Shown here in pieces: positions 30,941 to 41,018 of a stretch of DNA of 64,000 nt. The stretch is from Promethearchaeota archaeon (GTDB taxonomy: Archaea > Asgardarchaeota > Lokiarchaeia > Sigyniarchaeales > SOKP01). The stretch covers positions 1 through 64,000 of the forward strand of contig JAHPZE010000015.1 of the NCBI GenBank assembly GCA_019058365.1, written 5' to 3'. How positions within the stretch are numbered: the first letter of the stretch is position 1; each line of letters opens with the position of its first letter. Below the pieces are notes generated by a model, which saw only the letters and a program-made list of their open reading frames with translations, was not told where the DNA came from and searched no databases. The position numbers and the translations under genes were made by a program.

Positions 30941-30956
30941 AATTAAAATCTCTTTT

Positions 30957-32168
30957 CTAAAAATTAATAAAGTTTTCTATATCTCCTTTTATTTTCTTAG
31001 CTTCTGGAGAGGTGGAAGTAATTATTTTTGAGGGACCGCCTATTTTTCCCTCAATTATTTCATATCCTGATATAAATGGTTTTAATTCATCAATTATCTT
31101 GTTTTTCTCATTTTCATGAGTTAATAAGACTAGGGAAGGTCCAGTATCAATTGAGAAATAAACATTATACCCATTTTTTTTTCTGAGTTCACGAATCTTA
31201 AGCATAATTTTTAACGTGTCGGGCTCCCATGCAATAATGTTATTTCTTTTTACTGACATTGCTACAGAATGCAGACAAAATGTATCATATTCTGCTAATT
31301 CACCGATTTTATTTAAGTTAGAATTCTCTAATCCTTCAAAAAATTCGAAAATAAGCTGTTTTCGTTGTTCTAACCAAGCAGAGAAAAAAGGTGATGTCGG
31401 AACAATTTCATGTGCCTGATTTGTTTTTAAATCAGATTTAATGGGAATTGTTAAAAGTGCAATCTCTTCTACAAAAGATTGATGTTCTTTACGATCCAAT
31501 CGAATTGAAAAACAATCAAAAGGATCAATATTTGGATGACTGAGTAAAAGAGAAAATCCTCCAGTAGAGCTCCGGGAGCCAGAACTCGCAAGATATCTTG
31601 AAAATATACTCAATAATCTTTTGTTATGTAAATAATTTTCATCATTATTATAAATAATAGCAGCAGCTGCTAAAGAAAGAGCAGAAGAACCCGAAGCTGA
31701 AGTCCCTAAACCCTTACCTATTTGTTGTCCTTTCTCTGTTCTTAAAAAATTTCGAGAAATCAGTATAGCCTTTGTGCTTATTTTGGAATAACTTCGAATA
31801 AAGTCTAAAGTTGCCTTAACTCTTTCTAATTCATCATTAAAAGCAGGTTTACCATCAAGAAAGACACGATCTTCCTTCAAATTTTTATCTAATTTTAAAT
31901 AAGAAATAGTAAATCCACAATCATTATTTAAAGAGATACTTGGGAAATAGGGAATTCGATGTTTAGCATTAATAATTCCATGATATTTTAGGATACCTTG
32001 AATAGGATATGCTATAGTATATGCTTCCCCCTCGCTCTGTGTAGTAATGCTTTTAGGAGGAAGATCTTGAATTTGATAATCGTTTCGTTTTAAAAAGTCT
32101 AAAATTTCGAGGTGATCCTTTTCTAATTTTGTAATAAGATCTTTTGAAAGTGAAGTGTTCATTATCAT
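30957..32168 (-). CDS. mvaD: GHMP-family mevalonate (di)phosphate decarboxylase, haloarchaeal/Chloroflexi phosphomevalonate decarboxylase-like
   Basis: YPIQGILKYHG...PYFPSIS, GLGTSASG, ELAEYDT..LH, YFSIDTGP. Confidence 0.8.
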   Translation of the reverse strand: MIMNTSLSKDLITKLEKDHLEILDFLKRNDYQIQDLPPKSITTQSEGEAYTIAYPIQGILKYHGIINAKHRIPYFPSISLNNDCGFTISYLKLDKNLKEDRVFLDGKPAFNDELERVKATLDFIRSYSKISTKAILISRNFLRTEKGQQIGKGLGTSASGSSALSLAAAAIIYNNDENYLHNKRLLSIFSRYLASSGSRSSTGGFSLLLSHPNIDPFDCFSIRLDRKEHQSFVEEIALLTIPIKSDLKTNQAHEIVPTSPFFSAWLEQRKQLIFEFFEGLENSNLNKIGELAEYDTFCLHSVAMSVKRNNIIAWEPDTLKIMLKIRELRKKNGYNVYFSIDTGPSLVLLTHENEKNKIIDELKPFISGYEIIEGKIGGPSKIITSTSPEAKKIKGDIENFINF

Positions 32169-33841
32169 TCAAGAGGAATGGGAAGATCTTGGATTTGATA
32201 ATCTCTATTCATCAAATATTTTTCAGGTATTGGAAGATATATTGGACTCCAATTTAACAATCCCTTTGCGTTAATGTTTTCCTCGTTTTCATTTTCAACT
32301 CTCCTTATTTCATACTCTAAAGTACTGCCTTTTTTTACGTTTTTAGCTACTCTTACTAATCCTTCTTTCAAATATTTTAGATCGTTAATGTCTGATTGAG
32401 CAATTGGATCGCTATCTAACTTTGCAAAGAGAGGGAAAAATCTTTTATGAAGTCCTGAATGCCCTTTAGGGCAATGGTTTAATCCTTTTATATTGGGGAT
32501 AAGACATCCCTCATCGCAAAAATGAAGTGTAAATCCTCTTTTATTATTATATTCATGTTCAACAATATGACCTAATAATATCTCTGGTTTTGTATGACCA
32601 TTCTTAATTAATTCATATTCTTGAACACTTTTCTTTTCTTTTAATTTTATAAAGTCATTTATATGTGGTCCGTTTTGGACAATTTCATTAAAGCTTTCTT
32701 GAACTTTTAAAAGACCTGAAATACAGGTAGCTCCTGAGCCATAAGAGCCAAAATAGATCGTATCATAAACGCGAGCTTGATTTTCAAGAAGATATATAAT
32801 CTGAGCCCAAATTGAAGCGTTGTACATATTTCCAAAGTGCATTGGAACATTTAATTGAGGAAGTACTCTTTCTTTTACATTTGTGTTCACCCAGTATGAA
32901 AATCTCTCTAAAGTTGTAGAAGAAATGCCTCTTTCTTTTAATTTTAAATAAAGATATTCTGGTAAAACGGTAACATCATGTAAAAAATGATCAAGCTTCT
33001 TGATTATAGATGTACGAACTTTATTCTTATCGAATTTAGGTAGTTCATTTATATGTTTAATCCAACGCTTTAATATTATTTGCTGCATTATCTTAAGGGG
33101 AAGCTTGGAGTATGGCGCATGAAATGTATAAAAATCCGCATGAAAATCCCCAATATTTCTAATCAAATCATCATAAGCAGCAAGTTGGAATTTAATATAC
33201 GCATCTTGAGAATAACTTCCAAATGCTTGTGCGTTTTTATTATTGTGAGATCTGAAAAAGTCATTTACATTTCCTGAAACCTTTCCAAAATTCTTAGCAA
33301 ATTTAGCTATTCGAGGATTTTTCGATATTACTAGTGCAATAGCACCTGATCCTTGTGTTGGTTCACCTGGAGAACCAAGATGATATGAAGAAATATCAGT
33401 GCTTATGACAAGAGCCTTATTTATTATTTCCTTTTCAACCAAGGCGATAGCATTAAGAATTGCTAGTGTACCTCCAGCACAGGCGTTGTAGATATCTTGA
33501 GTCAATGAATTGGCGGAAATCTCTAACATCTCAGCAAAAATATTAGATACTGATTTTGCTGCATATACTTCTGTTTCAGTACCCACAAATAATGCGTCTA
33601 TACTTTTAGGAGAGATATTACCTCTTAATAAAGCATTATAGCCCGCTTTTAATCCAAGAGAAATAATGTCTTCATCAATTTCTGCTAAACGCATTTCTTT
33701 AGATAATAAACCCTTTTCATATTTTTCTGGATCTACATTTCTCTCTAAGGCAAGTTCTTTTAAGTTAACATAATGTCTTGGAGCATGAAATCCAATTGAA
33801 TCAATTCCAATATTCGAAAATAAATAATCGTTAGAAAGCAT
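32165..33841 (-). CDS. HMG-CoA synthase with C-terminal Cys/His-containing extension
   Basis: GTE (Glu), NACAGG (Cys), GEPTQGSGA, FHAPY (His), GNMYNAS, SYGSG; about 140 extra C-terminal residues. Confidence 0.9.
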   Translation of the reverse strand: MLSNDYLFSNIGIDSIGFHAPRHYVNLKELALERNVDPEKYEKGLLSKEMRLAEIDEDIISLGLKAGYNALLRGNISPKSIDALFVGTETEVYAAKSVSNIFAEMLEISANSLTQDIYNACAGGTLAILNAIALVEKEIINKALVISTDISSYHLGSPGEPTQGSGAIALVISKNPRIAKFAKNFGKVSGNVNDFFRSHNNKNAQAFGSYSQDAYIKFQLAAYDDLIRNIGDFHADFYTFHAPYSKLPLKIMQQIILKRWIKHINELPKFDKNKVRTSIIKKLDHFLHDVTVLPEYLYLKLKERGISSTTLERFSYWVNTNVKERVLPQLNVPMHFGNMYNASIWAQIIYLLENQARVYDTIYFGSYGSGATCISGLLKVQESFNEIVQNGPHINDFIKLKEKKSVQEYELIKNGHTKPEILLGHIVEHEYNNKRGFTLHFCDEGCLIPNIKGLNHCPKGHSGLHKRFFPLFAKLDSDPIAQSDINDLKYLKEGLVRVAKNVKKGSTLEYEIRRVENENEENINAKGLLNWSPIYLPIPEKYLMNRDYQIQDLPIPLE

Positions 33842-34236
33842 TAATGATATCTCTCGAGTTGATGATATTTCTTTTTAAAATATTTTCTATATGTAATGTT
33901 TATTTGTTCAAAAACTTATCTATATAAAATTAGTTTTATTAAAAGAATTGCTTATTTAAAAATTCTCAGTGGACTAATATTTTCAATAGTTCAAATTCTT
34001 ATAAGTGGTAAATATTATGAAAATTACTGTTACTCTTTTACAAACATTCAAAACTTAGAAAGCTTAACCATAACCCTTAGAGTAAGAAAAATTGTAAGAG
34101 ATTTAACTCTAATCTACTTAACATTGCTCGTTAAAATTCTATCAATAAATTATAATTCCTTTAAATTATAAGGAAGATTTAATATTTTTAATATTCATAT
34201 TAATATTGAAAAGAATACAATATTATAATGGGTTAG

Positions 34237-34974
34237 ATGGTCACTACTTTAGAAGAGTTAAAGGAAACAGCACAGGATAAGTTACCTAAGCATATAGGCC
34301 TGATCATCGATGGTAATCGTCGATGGGCGAAAAAGAGAAACTTAGAGATTAATTTAGGTCATTTAATTGGATATGAAAATCTCAAAAAGAGATTATTCGA
34401 TTTTTTTGATGCGGGGATCCACTACTTAAGTTTATATATTCTATCGCTTGAAAATGTGAGGAAGCGTAATACTAAAGAACTTGAGTATATTTATAAGATT
34501 ATGGTTAAAGCTGTCGATACGATTATAAATGAATCAATTGTAAAGGAGGAAAAGGTTAAATTTAATGTTATCGGCAGGATTTCAATGCTACCAGATAAAG
34601 TAAGAAGAAAGATTGAAGAGTTAATTAAATTTACTAAGGATCACAGTCAAAATTTCATAAATCTCTGTATTATGTATGATGGTCATGAAGAAATTGTGGA
34701 TGCTGTGAAGGAAATAGTTAATAATGGAATTAAGCCCGAACAAGTTAGTACAGATTTAATTAAAGCACACCTTTATACAAAAAATTTTCCTCCATTAGAT
34801 TATGTAATTAGAACGGGAATGGATGACGGAGCAAGAATTTCTGGATTCTTGCTATGGGATTCTTCTTATGCTGAATTTAAATTTAGGAATGATTTCTGGC
34901 CTGATTATAATAAAGAGATGGTTATTGAGGATTTAGAAGATTATATAAGAAGAAATCGACGAATGGGACAATAA
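34237..34974 (+). CDS. uppS: cis-prenyltransferase (polyprenyl diphosphate synthase)
   Basis: HIGLIIDGNRRWA, SLEN, IRTG..RISGFLLW, WPD and C-terminal RxG. Confidence 0.92.
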   Translation: MVTTLEELKETAQDKLPKHIGLIIDGNRRWAKKRNLEINLGHLIGYENLKKRLFDFFDAGIHYLSLYILSLENVRKRNTKELEYIYKIMVKAVDTIINESIVKEEKVKFNVIGRISMLPDKVRRKIEELIKFTKDHSQNFINLCIMYDGHEEIVDAVKEIVNNGIKPEQVSTDLIKAHLYTKNFPPLDYVIRTGMDDGARISGFLLWDSSYAEFKFRNDFWPDYNKEMVIEDLEDYIRRNRRMGQ

Positions 34975-35098
34975 TTCTTCTATCTATTTTATTTCATAAA
35001 TCCAAAATAAATAAATCATTAATAATTGTTAAACCTATAAATTAATGAGAGATTTAGAATTACTAATTTATAACGTGAACAAATAAATCATTTGAATT

Positions 35099-36937
35099 AT
35101 GGCAAATGCTGACAAAATCATCTCATTGAACATCACAAAATTCCCGCAAAACTTATTAATACCTGGGATTAACAATGAGATTATTATCCAAGTAATAAAT
35201 TATTCAAGTAAAAAGGAGGATTTTAAATTTGATCTTGAGGGAGAAAATTTAAATATTAACGTGGAACCCGATAGTTTTAAGAGTAATATTGAATTTAGTC
35301 CGGGGGAAACAAAGAGTATTCATTTGAAATTAGATCCTACTACTGATGGTTTTGGTAAATTAACAATTAATGTCCACCGACTTAAGATTATTAAATATAC
35401 TGTTAAAGTACAGAAAATGAGAGAGGCTATCCAAACGAGTAAAATTAAGAAGATTTTTGATAAACAAGCATTTAAAGTTACAGAAACAGTTGAAAAATTT
35501 AATCCAGAAGATTATATTATCGATATGAAGGAAAAAGTATTAAAGCAGGCTGAAAAACAATTAGGCTTATTAACAGAGCAATATAAATCATCGCAATCGT
35601 CAGATATATCTAGCTCTGAATTACTTGAAAAAATGGAAGCTTATATAAAACAAATTGCGAAAGGATATCTTTCAATCGATAATCCTCAAAGGGCATTAAA
35701 ATTAGCATTAATGCTTTCAAATAAGAATGAACAGAGGAAATTCTATCTTAGTCTAATTCGCGCTTATGCTTTAAAAAATCTCGATATAATGCTTCAAATA
35801 GTTTCAAACCTACCCGATTTAGAAAAACGACAAAACATATTCAAATTTCTAGCATTAGATCAAGTATTAAATAATCCCGAACAAGCAATTAAAATTGGAA
35901 ATCTAATTCAAAATCCCTCTATTAAAGAAAGTCTTCTAATTAATATTTATGGTCAAATTATCAACTCGGATCCTTCATTAGCTTTGAAATTAAGAGAGCT
36001 AATTGATAATAATACTCTAAAAATTAAGCTTCTATTCAATATTGCTAATAAATTAAAAGAACACGATGCAAGAACTGAATTAATTAATGTAATTAACTTA
36101 ATAATTAAGACACTTCTAAAAATTCTTGTAGCAGGTTTTGATAAGTCAATTTATAAAATGCTTAAAAATGCAATATATGCTTTAGCTGAGGTCGATAACC
36201 CCATTTCTGCAAATGCTATTATTGAAAGTATACCAATTCAAGAAGTTAAAGAAAAAATAGCGAAAGATTTATTTGATGATATTTATATAATGGTTGATGA
36301 AATTAAAACAAAATATGAATCGGAATTAGCCTTTTCTCAATATTTTCTATTAAATACTTACGTTTCCACCATTACGAATGATATTAAAAATTTTAGTCTA
36401 ACGGGTGGAAACATTAGTAATAATGTTCTTATAAATGATTTTAATTTTAGTAATGTGTTTATATCTTTATTTGCTTTTGATTTCAGCATTTTTCCAATAC
36501 TAGATCGTGTATATAACGATTTAAAATATGCTCTAAACAAATCAATCGCATATTATACTTTTCCATCAAAAAATAATTATAATCAGGATGAGGTTAGAGT
36601 ATTAACTAGTTCATTGAAACAATTTTTCAAGAATTTCGAAAATACCCCTGGCCAAGTATCAATTTTTAATTTAGATTTCATCCCATATCTAGGAAAACCA
36701 ACTGTGATTATATCGCAGGAATCTGATATAGATAATAATATTTACTCTAATATTAAAAAAATCGGAGACCCCATTAATCTAATTGTTGATAATTCTTTAT
36801 TCAAAGGAGGTAAAATCTCTGAAAATTTAAAGCAAATTTTGCCCTCTAACAAATGTAAAATTATTAATTTAGTTTTATCTTACGAGTTCATCAACGATTA
36901 TAATATTTTTAAGACATTAATACAATCTTTACTCTAA
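35099..36937 (+). CDS. Hypothetical protein: N-terminal beta-sandwich-like region, central helical repeats
   Basis: 612-aa ORF; repeated P..Al.l...i.....k..l helical units between aa ~190-390. Confidence 0.7.
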   Translation: MANADKIISLNITKFPQNLLIPGINNEIIIQVINYSSKKEDFKFDLEGENLNINVEPDSFKSNIEFSPGETKSIHLKLDPTTDGFGKLTINVHRLKIIKYTVKVQKMREAIQTSKIKKIFDKQAFKVTETVEKFNPEDYIIDMKEKVLKQAEKQLGLLTEQYKSSQSSDISSSELLEKMEAYIKQIAKGYLSIDNPQRALKLALMLSNKNEQRKFYLSLIRAYALKNLDIMLQIVSNLPDLEKRQNIFKFLALDQVLNNPEQAIKIGNLIQNPSIKESLLINIYGQIINSDPSLALKLRELIDNNTLKIKLLFNIANKLKEHDARTELINVINLIIKTLLKILVAGFDKSIYKMLKNAIYALAEVDNPISANAIIESIPIQEVKEKIAKDLFDDIYIMVDEIKTKYESELAFSQYFLLNTYVSTITNDIKNFSLTGGNISNNVLINDFNFSNVFISLFAFDFSIFPILDRVYNDLKYALNKSIAYYTFPSKNNYNQDEVRVLTSSLKQFFKNFENTPGQVSIFNLDFIPYLGKPTVIISQESDIDNNIYSNIKKIGDPINLIVDNSLFKGGKISENLKQILPSNKCKIINLVLSYEFINDYNIFKTLIQSLL

Positions 36938-37035
36938 AATGAAATAAACAAACTAAAACTATAAAATTAAGATTTGTTATATGTATAGTAAGCGAATAAA
37001 AAGAGAGAAATACGCAATTAGAAGGTAAAATTGCT

Positions 37036-38697
37036 ATGGCAAAAGATAAAAAAAAGAAAGAAAAAAAGAAGAAAAAGAAAGATGATCCGTCAGGTGATAC
37101 TTTTTCTCAATTATACGCAAAAGAAGGAAAAACAAAAGCACCTATAGGTATTTCATTGGGACAAAGTATTGATAGATCGGGTGATAAATTATTTTTAGGA
37201 ACAGATTATATGGAAGTACTTATCCCTGAAAGGCCATGGGCTGATATGTTAGCTGATGTTGAACATTGGACTCCTTTACCATTCACCCATGGCATTGAAA
37301 TGGAATTAATTATTGCTGATGATAGTGGGGAATACCCTCCCGGAGAAGAAATGGTTTACCGAATGAAAGAAATTGTGAAGGATGCAATCAAAATTATGGA
37401 TGAAGTTCTCTACGAGGGAAGAGAAGATTTTTTACCCGTTCCTGATTATATTAGACAAAAAGTTTTAGCTAGACCGTGGGGAAGGGATGATCTTGAAAAA
37501 GGGTATACAATGGATATACGCTATGCTCTAGGAGAAAGTTCTGTTGATATAGATTCTTTTGCAAGAGATGGAAATGTCACAGCAATCACCTATATATTAG
37601 AATTAGTCACACCTCCATGTGTTTATGTTGAAGAATTAGCATATTGGGCGAGCACTTTATTTTTATTAGCGAAAGCTACTCTACCTAAAGATCTGCATAT
37701 AATTGCTTCCGCTATTAATCCTGCGACGAAAGAATACATGCGTGGGGTGTCCCAAGCTGATCATTCGCACTTAGGTTCTTTTAATTCAGAATTAGAGAAA
37801 ATTCAAGCCTATTGTATGATTCGAAATTTTATACCTCATCTTATTGCTCTTACATGCAATTCTCCAATTTTGAATAACAAACCAACGGATGTGGTTAAAA
37901 TTATAAATAGGAGGATTACTGCCCCAAATTGCACTAGATCTTTGCGTTTAAAGTATAACACAACTATGTTAAGTGGGAATGATCCTAAATATTATATCCC
38001 TTATTTAACTGATTTAAGTGAGAATTCTATTAATTATTTCCTTCAAACAGTTCAGAAGGCAAGTTTAGAGGATGGTAGGTTCCAAGATGTTTTCCCAGTA
38101 ACGGATTGGGGAACGATAGAAATCCGAATTAGCGATGCACAAATTTCTATATGTCGCCGTATCGGAGTGGGAATGCTAATTCAAGCTATGTGCTATAAAG
38201 CTAGAAAACTGCTAGAAAAGGGGGTGTGGGTACCTGATGCGGGTAGTGAAACAATAGCAACAAATCGTCAAGGAGCAATTGAGCGAGGTTTGATTTCTTT
38301 ATTCCGACCTATAAATATTACACGTGAAAAACTCGCACAATATGATCCTGAATTTGCAGAGCAATATTTGGGTCCAGAAAATCAACCTGTAAGATACATG
38401 ATGCAAGGTGTGCAACGCATGTTCTTTTATTTAAAAGATGAACTGAAAGAACTGAGATTCTTGTATAGCCCATTCCTAAAACCCTTGCTTCAGTCTGTCT
38501 TTGGGAATGTAAGCTATGCAGAACCTCCAATAACTGAAGCAGAATACCAGTTAAGTCTTTACAAATACAAATTGGATAACGGAGAAGATCCTAGTATTTT
38601 ATATGATTTAATATATTTCACTATCCTTTATTGCCAGGATCCTCTAAATAATCCACTTACCGGGATTTTAACCCTTCCAAAAGAAATGAGAGAGTAG
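37036..38697 (+). CDS. Glutamate-cysteine ligase family 2 (carboxylate-amine ligase) protein
   Basis: THGIEMEL, LELVTPP, HSHLG, LIALTCNSP, GTIEIRISD; Lys-rich N-terminus. Confidence 0.8.
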   Translation: MAKDKKKKEKKKKKKDDPSGDTFSQLYAKEGKTKAPIGISLGQSIDRSGDKLFLGTDYMEVLIPERPWADMLADVEHWTPLPFTHGIEMELIIADDSGEYPPGEEMVYRMKEIVKDAIKIMDEVLYEGREDFLPVPDYIRQKVLARPWGRDDLEKGYTMDIRYALGESSVDIDSFARDGNVTAITYILELVTPPCVYVEELAYWASTLFLLAKATLPKDLHIIASAINPATKEYMRGVSQADHSHLGSFNSELEKIQAYCMIRNFIPHLIALTCNSPILNNKPTDVVKIINRRITAPNCTRSLRLKYNTTMLSGNDPKYYIPYLTDLSENSINYFLQTVQKASLEDGRFQDVFPVTDWGTIEIRISDAQISICRRIGVGMLIQAMCYKARKLLEKGVWVPDAGSETIATNRQGAIERGLISLFRPINITREKLAQYDPEFAEQYLGPENQPVRYMMQGVQRMFFYLKDELKELRFLYSPFLKPLLQSVFGNVSYAEPPITEAEYQLSLYKYKLDNGEDPSILYDLIYFTILYCQDPLNNPLTGILTLPKEMRE

Positions 38698-38698
38698 T

Positions 38699-38744
38699 AT
38701 ATTTTGTTTTTAGCTTTCAATTTCATAGCGCAAAAATAAAATAT
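38699..38744. terminator. Inverted repeat between convergent genes, possible terminator
   Basis: ATATTTTGTTTTT (38699-38711) / AAAAATAAAATAT (38732-38744); very AT-rich, so weak evidence. Confidence 0.3.
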
Positions 38745-38807
38745 GAAGTTTAGCACTCTTCTCTCGTTATATTAAATTTAATATTTAAAAAAAAGAATGA
38801 AAATTTA

Positions 38808-40145
38808 TTATTTATATACTCCATATTCCTTCGTGAACTCAATCATAGCTTTAATGTTTTCTGGTTTAGCATCATCAATTACCGCTCCATTCATCATTAA
38901 ATAACCACCATCTTTACCAACACTATCTATTAATTTCTTTGCGTATTCTTTTACTTCTTGAGGTGTTCCTAAATTTAATAAAGTGATTGGCATGTTACCT
39001 CCCACGCAGGCAGAGTCGCCTAAAATTTCTTTTGCTTTTTCCATATCTGTCAAATCAAACGCCCATATAGCCTTACCTTTAGGTAAATCTTTAATAACTT
39101 CAAGACGCGAGTTAAAACCACCCTCAACATAAGAAAATGGTATACATCCTTCTTCTATTAAACCCATGAGTAGTTTTCTAAAGGATGGCCAGTAAAATGT
39201 CTTAAATTGTTCATCAGAGAGAAAACCGTCAGCTCCTTTATGTAAAGGTATGAATACAATAGGGTTTCCATTCATCTTAGCCATAGATACACCCATGTTA
39301 ACCATCAATGGCGTAATCACTTCAAGAGCTTTAAGCAGTTTATTAGGTTGTCGGTATAAATCAAGCATTATCCCCGTAGTTCCTCTAAGAGTATCACCAA
39401 GGGTATCATAAGGGGCTTTTGTAGCCCCACCAAAGAAGTTTGGAAATCCTTTTTCTGCCATCTCCTTATCGAAAGCTCCGAGTGTTCCTGCCCACTTTAA
39501 GGCATCACTTCCAGCGTCCATAAGAGCTTTAAGGGCTTCTTGAACATCTGGGAGGCCATATGGTAAAATGTTGCCACCAGTAAATGGCAATTCGATTATA
39601 TTGGTGAGAGGTGCTAACTGTTTAAGGGGATCTAACGTTCCAAATATACGTGGTAAATAGACGCTTCTAAAGAAACCAGAGGGATCTTGAATAAAGGCAT
39701 CATACTCATCCGCTTTCATATATTCACCCTCAAGGCATTGGTATGAAAGGTTAGGAGAGACTCCATGACCTGGCCAAGCATATAATTTATAATCAAGAAT
39801 ATCAAAAAGTTTTCCTGGACCAGGTACAAAACACCCTATATGGGCATCTGGTTCAAAATCTAAAACCGATTTTTTCCATGCAGAAAAGAGTTTGTCGTAA
39901 TCATACATAGATTCTTGTGGAGTTATACCACTATAAAATGCGGGGAAAAAGCCAACCATTAGAACAACCGGGATTCTATCAGGCTTTTTTTTCAATTGAA
40001 TAACGTCTTTTATCCTTATTACTCTTTCCTTATACGCTTTTTCGGTGCTGGGGTTGGCAAATTCAATATTTTGGGGTGAAAGCCATCTATTAAACATTTC
40101 TTCTTGTTTTTCATCTAATGATAAATTTTCCCATTTCTTTTCCAT
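38808..40145 (-). CDS. Uroporphyrinogen decarboxylase family protein (likely corrinoid-dependent methyltransferase, MtaA-like fold)
   Basis: PDRIPV, LRG...LDLYRQP, FKTFYWP, GGNMP...GTPQEVKEY..KLID, AKPEN; adjacent corrinoid protein. Confidence 0.85.
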   Translation of the reverse strand: MEKKWENLSLDEKQEEMFNRWLSPQNIEFANPSTEKAYKERVIRIKDVIQLKKKPDRIPVVLMVGFFPAFYSGITPQESMYDYDKLFSAWKKSVLDFEPDAHIGCFVPGPGKLFDILDYKLYAWPGHGVSPNLSYQCLEGEYMKADEYDAFIQDPSGFFRSVYLPRIFGTLDPLKQLAPLTNIIELPFTGGNILPYGLPDVQEALKALMDAGSDALKWAGTLGAFDKEMAEKGFPNFFGGATKAPYDTLGDTLRGTTGIMLDLYRQPNKLLKALEVITPLMVNMGVSMAKMNGNPIVFIPLHKGADGFLSDEQFKTFYWPSFRKLLMGLIEEGCIPFSYVEGGFNSRLEVIKDLPKGKAIWAFDLTDMEKAKEILGDSACVGGNMPITLLNLGTPQEVKEYAKKLIDSVGKDGGYLMMNGAVIDDAKPENIKAMIEFTKEYGVYK

Positions 40146-40185
40146 TTTTTATTACCTCTTATAATTTCTCTACTGAGGACTATTA

Positions 40186-40815
40186 CTATTCAACTATCCA
40201 TTCCTTAGCCAAAGCTACTGCTTCGATTGCATCTTTTCCATAGGAGTCTGCACCTACATATTTTCTTACGTTCTCGTTTATTTGCCCTCCACCAATCATT
40301 ATCTTTGTTTTTTCAGGTAACCCTGCATTTTTAATTTCTTCTATCGTCTCTTTCATAGAGTCATATGCTAGGGTTAGAAATCCACTCAAGCCTACAATTT
40401 TTGAATTCACTTCTCTTATTTTTTCTACAAATTTTTCTTTTGGGACATTTACGCCAAGATCATAAACCTCAAACCCATTTGACTCTAACATAAATTTTAC
40501 AATATTTTTGCCTATATCGTGTATATCACCAAATACTGTCCCTAAAACTACTTTTCCTAAACTCTGAACCTTGGCACCAGCTTTGAGCATTGGTTCTATA
40601 ATTTCTGTTATTTGTCTTAGAATCTCTCCTGACATGATCAAATCTGGTAAGAAGAACTCTTTATTCTCAAATTTCTCTCCCACTTTAGCCATAGCGATTC
40701 TAATTTGTTCTAAAATTTTCATAGGATCCTCTCCAGCGTTAATTTTTTTCTGAACGAGATCTATAGCTTCCTTCTCGCATAAATCTACTATTAAATCTAT
40801 TAAATCCTCAGACAT
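40186..40815 (-). CDS. Cobalamin-binding corrinoid protein (MtaC/MttC-like)
   Basis: B12 cap helices; GDIHDIGKNIV, GLSG, IGGG, GADSYG. Confidence 0.92.
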   Translation of the reverse strand: MSEDLIDLIVDLCEKEAIDLVQKKINAGEDPMKILEQIRIAMAKVGEKFENKEFFLPDLIMSGEILRQITEIIEPMLKAGAKVQSLGKVVLGTVFGDIHDIGKNIVKFMLESNGFEVYDLGVNVPKEKFVEKIREVNSKIVGLSGFLTLAYDSMKETIEEIKNAGLPEKTKIMIGGGQINENVRKYVGADSYGKDAIEAVALAKEWIVE

Positions 40816-41018
40816 TACAATTCCTCCTTTTAATTAAAATTTAAACTTATCTATATTTTAGATTTCTCATTTATCTCATAAGGAGCTTTTATTTATAAAT
40901 ATTATCTTGAATTTCTTTCAAAAATATATTTTTTTAATATTTCAAGATTTTAAATTCGTATATATGGTTGCTTAACCTTGTAAGAAATAAGAAGAAATGA
41001 ATGCTTACCCCTCATTTC

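Noticed and set aside
34077-34112. Inverted repeat TTAGAGT/ACTCTAA in the HMGS-uppS intergenic region
   Set aside because: 7-bp arms in very AT-rich DNA are expected by chance
33896-34171. 91-aa ORF between HMGS and uppS
   Set aside because: AT-rich divergent promoter region, no SD, no recognisable motif; probably spurious
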